A DNA stretch of 38,128 nucleotides from Catajapyx aquilonaris (lineage: Eukaryota), in NCBI GenBank assembly GCA_000934665.2, contig JYFJ02003764.1, forward strand, positions 1-38,128, written 5' to 3'. The notes under the pieces were generated by a model. The model saw only the letters and a program-made list of their open reading frames with translations. It did no database searches and was not told the DNA's origin. Below, in pieces: positions 34,856-38,128 of this stretch (position 1 is its first letter; the number at the start of each line of letters is the position of its first letter). Made by a program: the position numbers and the translations under genes.

Positions 34856-35079
34856 TTGCCAGACATGTTGTAATGCCTGTTAACATGGAAAAGACAATAA
34901 AATTGTTTTGAAAATAAAAACTATTTTTATTTTATAAGCCACTTGGTTTGTTTTGCTTTTTATTGCATCTATTTTGCCAAGGTGAACAAAAGTAACAATA
35001 GTCTAATGAAGTTGTTACTGGCAAGATTACAGATTTATGGGAGGAAAGGTTTTGGGGTTTTTTGCCACTGGAATGGATT

Positions 35080-35230
35080 TATGGCCTCCACTGTATGCCA
35101 GATGAGGAAGTATGTGGAATTTGAGCCTCGAGAGGGCATCTGCATTGTGATGGCTTGAATTCGTATTGTCGAGCATTATTGTGGTGAAGAATGACATCCT
35201 GCGACTTGCTCTGTGGCTTCTTTCCTTTCC
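35080..35230 (-). pseudogene. Degraded mariner transposase fragment
   Basis: DVILHHNNAR, and in another frame LKFHILPHLAYS (HPPYSPDL-like). Shares GGTGAAGAATGACATCCT with the 32200-32300 fragment. Confidence 0.55.
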
Positions 35231-35492
35231 CAAAAATGTAGACACACCTGAAGGGCAATCAGTACAGATCCAATGCAGAAGTTGAGGCTGTTGTTCACAC
35301 TTGGTTCCATTCGCACAGCCCTGAGTCCTATGCCTACGGGTGGAAAGAACTTGCACATTGTTGGCGCACTGTAGGTGGTGATTATGTAGAAAATTAAATA
35401 TATATGGTGGTGAAGAGGATATTTCAGCTTTCATTTGATGTTACCTACATTGTCCTGTGATATATAATACACATTAGACTATGTACATAGGC

Positions 35493-35690
35493 ACGCAAAA
35501 AGAATGTCCGGGGAGAGTCTTCGTTCAGCCTGGTGGAGGCAAACCATTGCACCTGGGTAGCTAAGGGAGGAGGGAAAAAGCTCAGCAGATAAGTACGGAC
35601 ATACACACAAGTGTGTGTGTGTACACATCTGTGCAATGGTTTGCCTCCACCAGGCTGAACGAAGACTCTCCCCGGACATTCTTTTTGCGT
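35493..35690. mobile_element. Small MITE with perfect 60-bp inverted repeats
   Basis: 35493-35552 is the reverse complement of 35631-35690. Confidence 0.8.
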
Positions 35691-36335
35691 CCGATAGTAC
35701 TGTACATGGAGGAAAAAATTATCAGCATGCCCTCATACAATTGGTTGTAAGGAACCAATATGTAGTATTTCTTCAATATTAATTTATTGTTATGCTAGTG
35801 AATTATTTTTTCCTCTTGAACGAAAAGTAAACATGGAGGATTTTTATGAGCAATTTTCGAGATTCTGAAATTCATAATTCAATGTTATTTTCAAGTTCTC
35901 ATGCATATCAGGGTGCTTTTAAGTATTAAAGAAAGGATCATGGAGCAATGTAGATGTATATGCAATGTGTTGCAAGTATTGGGGTCCACTTAGGTGTTGG
36001 GCGAAAGTTCCAATAACTATGACATCCAAAAAGCAACATTTTCAGGAACTGCGAAAAACTATCTGAATACAAGTACAATCTATCTGAATATAAGTACAAT
36101 GGATAGCACAAAATTGTCCAAAGATTGAGCAAATTGGGATATCAATTGGAAAGAAAAAGTACTTACAGTTATTAAAATATTTCATAATTTTAAAAGGATA
36201 AGTTGCAATTTGCTCGTCAAAAGTGGATATGTTGCATTTTGCGGGGACAGGCAATGGTATTGGGATACCAAAAAGTTGTTATAATAATTATTCTGACTCC
36301 AAACTGTCATTGCTTTTTAATAATAACATTAATAA

Positions 36336-37106
36336 CTAGCAGGTTACCCGGCGTTGCCTGGGTATGTTATGGCGTGATAGTTATCGGGATATCTATATAT
36401 ACTATTTTTAGGATGTTCGTTTATAAAATTTGAATTTCATATGCACTCAATATACTCAATATGCCTTAAAACTGGTCTTATGGGCCATTGCGTAGTTACT
36501 GTAGTATGCTAATTGCAAACAATAAGCCAAAGTTTGTCGTTACCTGTGAAAGGCAGAAGGATGTCACCCAGCACAGGGCGATGATTCCCGTTCTTGTACC
36601 AAACGAACCGGCAATTTTTTATCACTCTTTTCTACCCATTAAATGAATGCTGATTAACAATTTACTTACCCCCATCTTGCACCATACCCTTCAATATTAT
36701 TGTGTCTGGCTGCTTTAAGTTCTAGACAGGACTGGCATTGACTGTCTGTTCCATGCTGCCTTTTAGTTCATTTGTGTTTGGCAGCAGGATAATTATTGTC
36801 CAAACGTTTAATGCTTCTTTGGAGGCATTTGATTGAGAAACAGGAATAAGGGGTTCAAATTTCCATAGAGATGTCCTCAAACAAAAATAATATATTGTTG
36901 ATATTGTCGAATGATGGTTCAAGGAGAGGTGGTATAGAGTGTCAGAGGAGTTCGGCTCCTTTTCAGAAGCTGAAACATGTAGTGTTAAATTCCTCTAAAA
37001 AAGTAACCCCCGATGAGCTAGTTCAAGGCTGTGTAGGGGCATTCCCTTGGATTTATATAGCGAAGCCACAAACAAACTTACAAACATCCTCAATATATTA
37101 TGTATA
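36336..37106 (-). mobile_element. Non-autonomous Helitron-like element
   Basis: Minus-strand 3' end CCCAGGCAACGCCGGG hairpin plus TAACCTGCTAG|T. (ACAA)n-like and TA-rich sequence lies near the 5' end. Confidence 0.7.
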
Positions 37107-37849
37107 CAGGGTGAATACTGTAACTTTGGCAAAAATCACAGGGTGGGTAATGTAGACCAAGACAAGTATTTTTGACATATGAACCCATGTCCGGAAATGC
37201 CCCCCGTACGGGGGTACGGCCGTTTCCCGCACAATATTTGGATGCAGCCAAAGGCCTGAACAACAATCGTTGTTTGGCTGTTTACATAGCAATTCAAGAT
37301 CCCAACACAATGACGCATGGTAATAAAATTGTGTCATCCATTAGTTCCATCTTTCATGACTGTAAAATCTGTGTAACAAAGTTGGCTGACCTTGATCTAA
37401 TAAAATCCTCCGTTCGGCACTTGACACTCGCAATAATTGTCCACCTTCGTCTCCTTCACACGCGACACACCTGATGAACGCAAGTTTCGAGTACGGTGGG
37501 TTGCCTACCCACCAGGCGCACCTAGAGACCCTTAAAGAAGAGAGTCGCCAACTTGTTATGTAAGGTCGTCTCTGATTCGTTGGAGTCATTATTCTTACTT
37601 CAGCGAATCAGAGACGACATTTTTTGGAGTGTTGACGTGTTTTAAGCGGGTTGGGATCTTGAATTGCTATGTAAACAGCCAAACAACGATTGTTGTTCAG
37701 GCCTTTGGCTGCATCCAAATATTGTGCGGGAAACGGCCGTACCCCCGTACGGGGGGCATTTCCGGACATGGGTTCATATGTCAAAAATACTTGTCTTGGT
37801 CTACACTACCCACCCTGTGATTTTTGCCAAAGTTACAGTATTCACCCTG
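37107..37849. mobile_element. Young Tc1/mariner-type non-autonomous element with about 200-bp TIRs
   Basis: TA-CAGGGTGAATACTGTAACTTTGGC...; 37107-37306 and 37650-37849 are near-identical inverted copies. Internal hairpin at 37565-37618. Confidence 0.9.
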
Positions 37850-37851
37850 TA

Positions 37852-37865
37852 TAACAATAATAATG

Positions 37866-37905
<40 letters not shown>

Positions 37906-37990
37906 CAATAATAATGATAATAATGGATATCCCATGATTTGGGGGCTTTTACAGCATCATCTATTCAATGACCGACATTAATCATTTTCC
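37852..37990 (-). repeat. (AAT)n microsatellite, probably the tail of a minus-strand retroposon
   Basis: Imperfect (AAT)n at 37853-37924 followed by GGATATCCC...GGGGGCTTTTA, resembling the other retroposon 3' ends in the window. Confidence 0.65.
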
Positions 37991-38128
37991 TGGGCTGTGA
38001 TGGATCTTTGCTTATTGTGGGGGGAAACGCGCCCTTACGGAAATTTTAAGGTTGTAATGAAGTTGTATGTGGTTGTTCTATGGTTGCAAGGTTGTATTTT
38101 AGGTTGAAACGAGGTTGTTGCGAGGTTG

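Overview
Animal genomic DNA, most likely an arthropod or other invertebrate judging by the repeat types. It is intron-rich and dense with transposons. Three spliced host genes can be assembled by hand from GT..AG junctions: a PLEKHD1 orthologue (+, 8801-20943), ARV1 (-, 27134-23115), and a stand-alone nitrobindin/THAP4-like gene (+, about 27386-34855) lying head-to-head with ARV1. Introns and intergenic DNA hold Tc1/mariner, pogo-, piggyBac-, Kolobok-, hAT- and P-like non-autonomous elements (many are long foldbacks, four are nested), Helitron-like elements, tRNA-derived SINEs (one V-SINE-like) and an RTE-X-like LINE fragment. The least explained part is about 981-7800. It is a minus-strand unit with a TATA box, a spliced leader, an intact 116-aa SERTA/IER-like ORF, a run of G-tract-preceded splice acceptors ahead of decayed short ORFs, and an 89-bp higher-order repeat. 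It may be the accessory arm of a Maverick/Polinton-like endogenous virus, but no core viral gene is visible here. All family assignments are from memory of the families; no database search was run.
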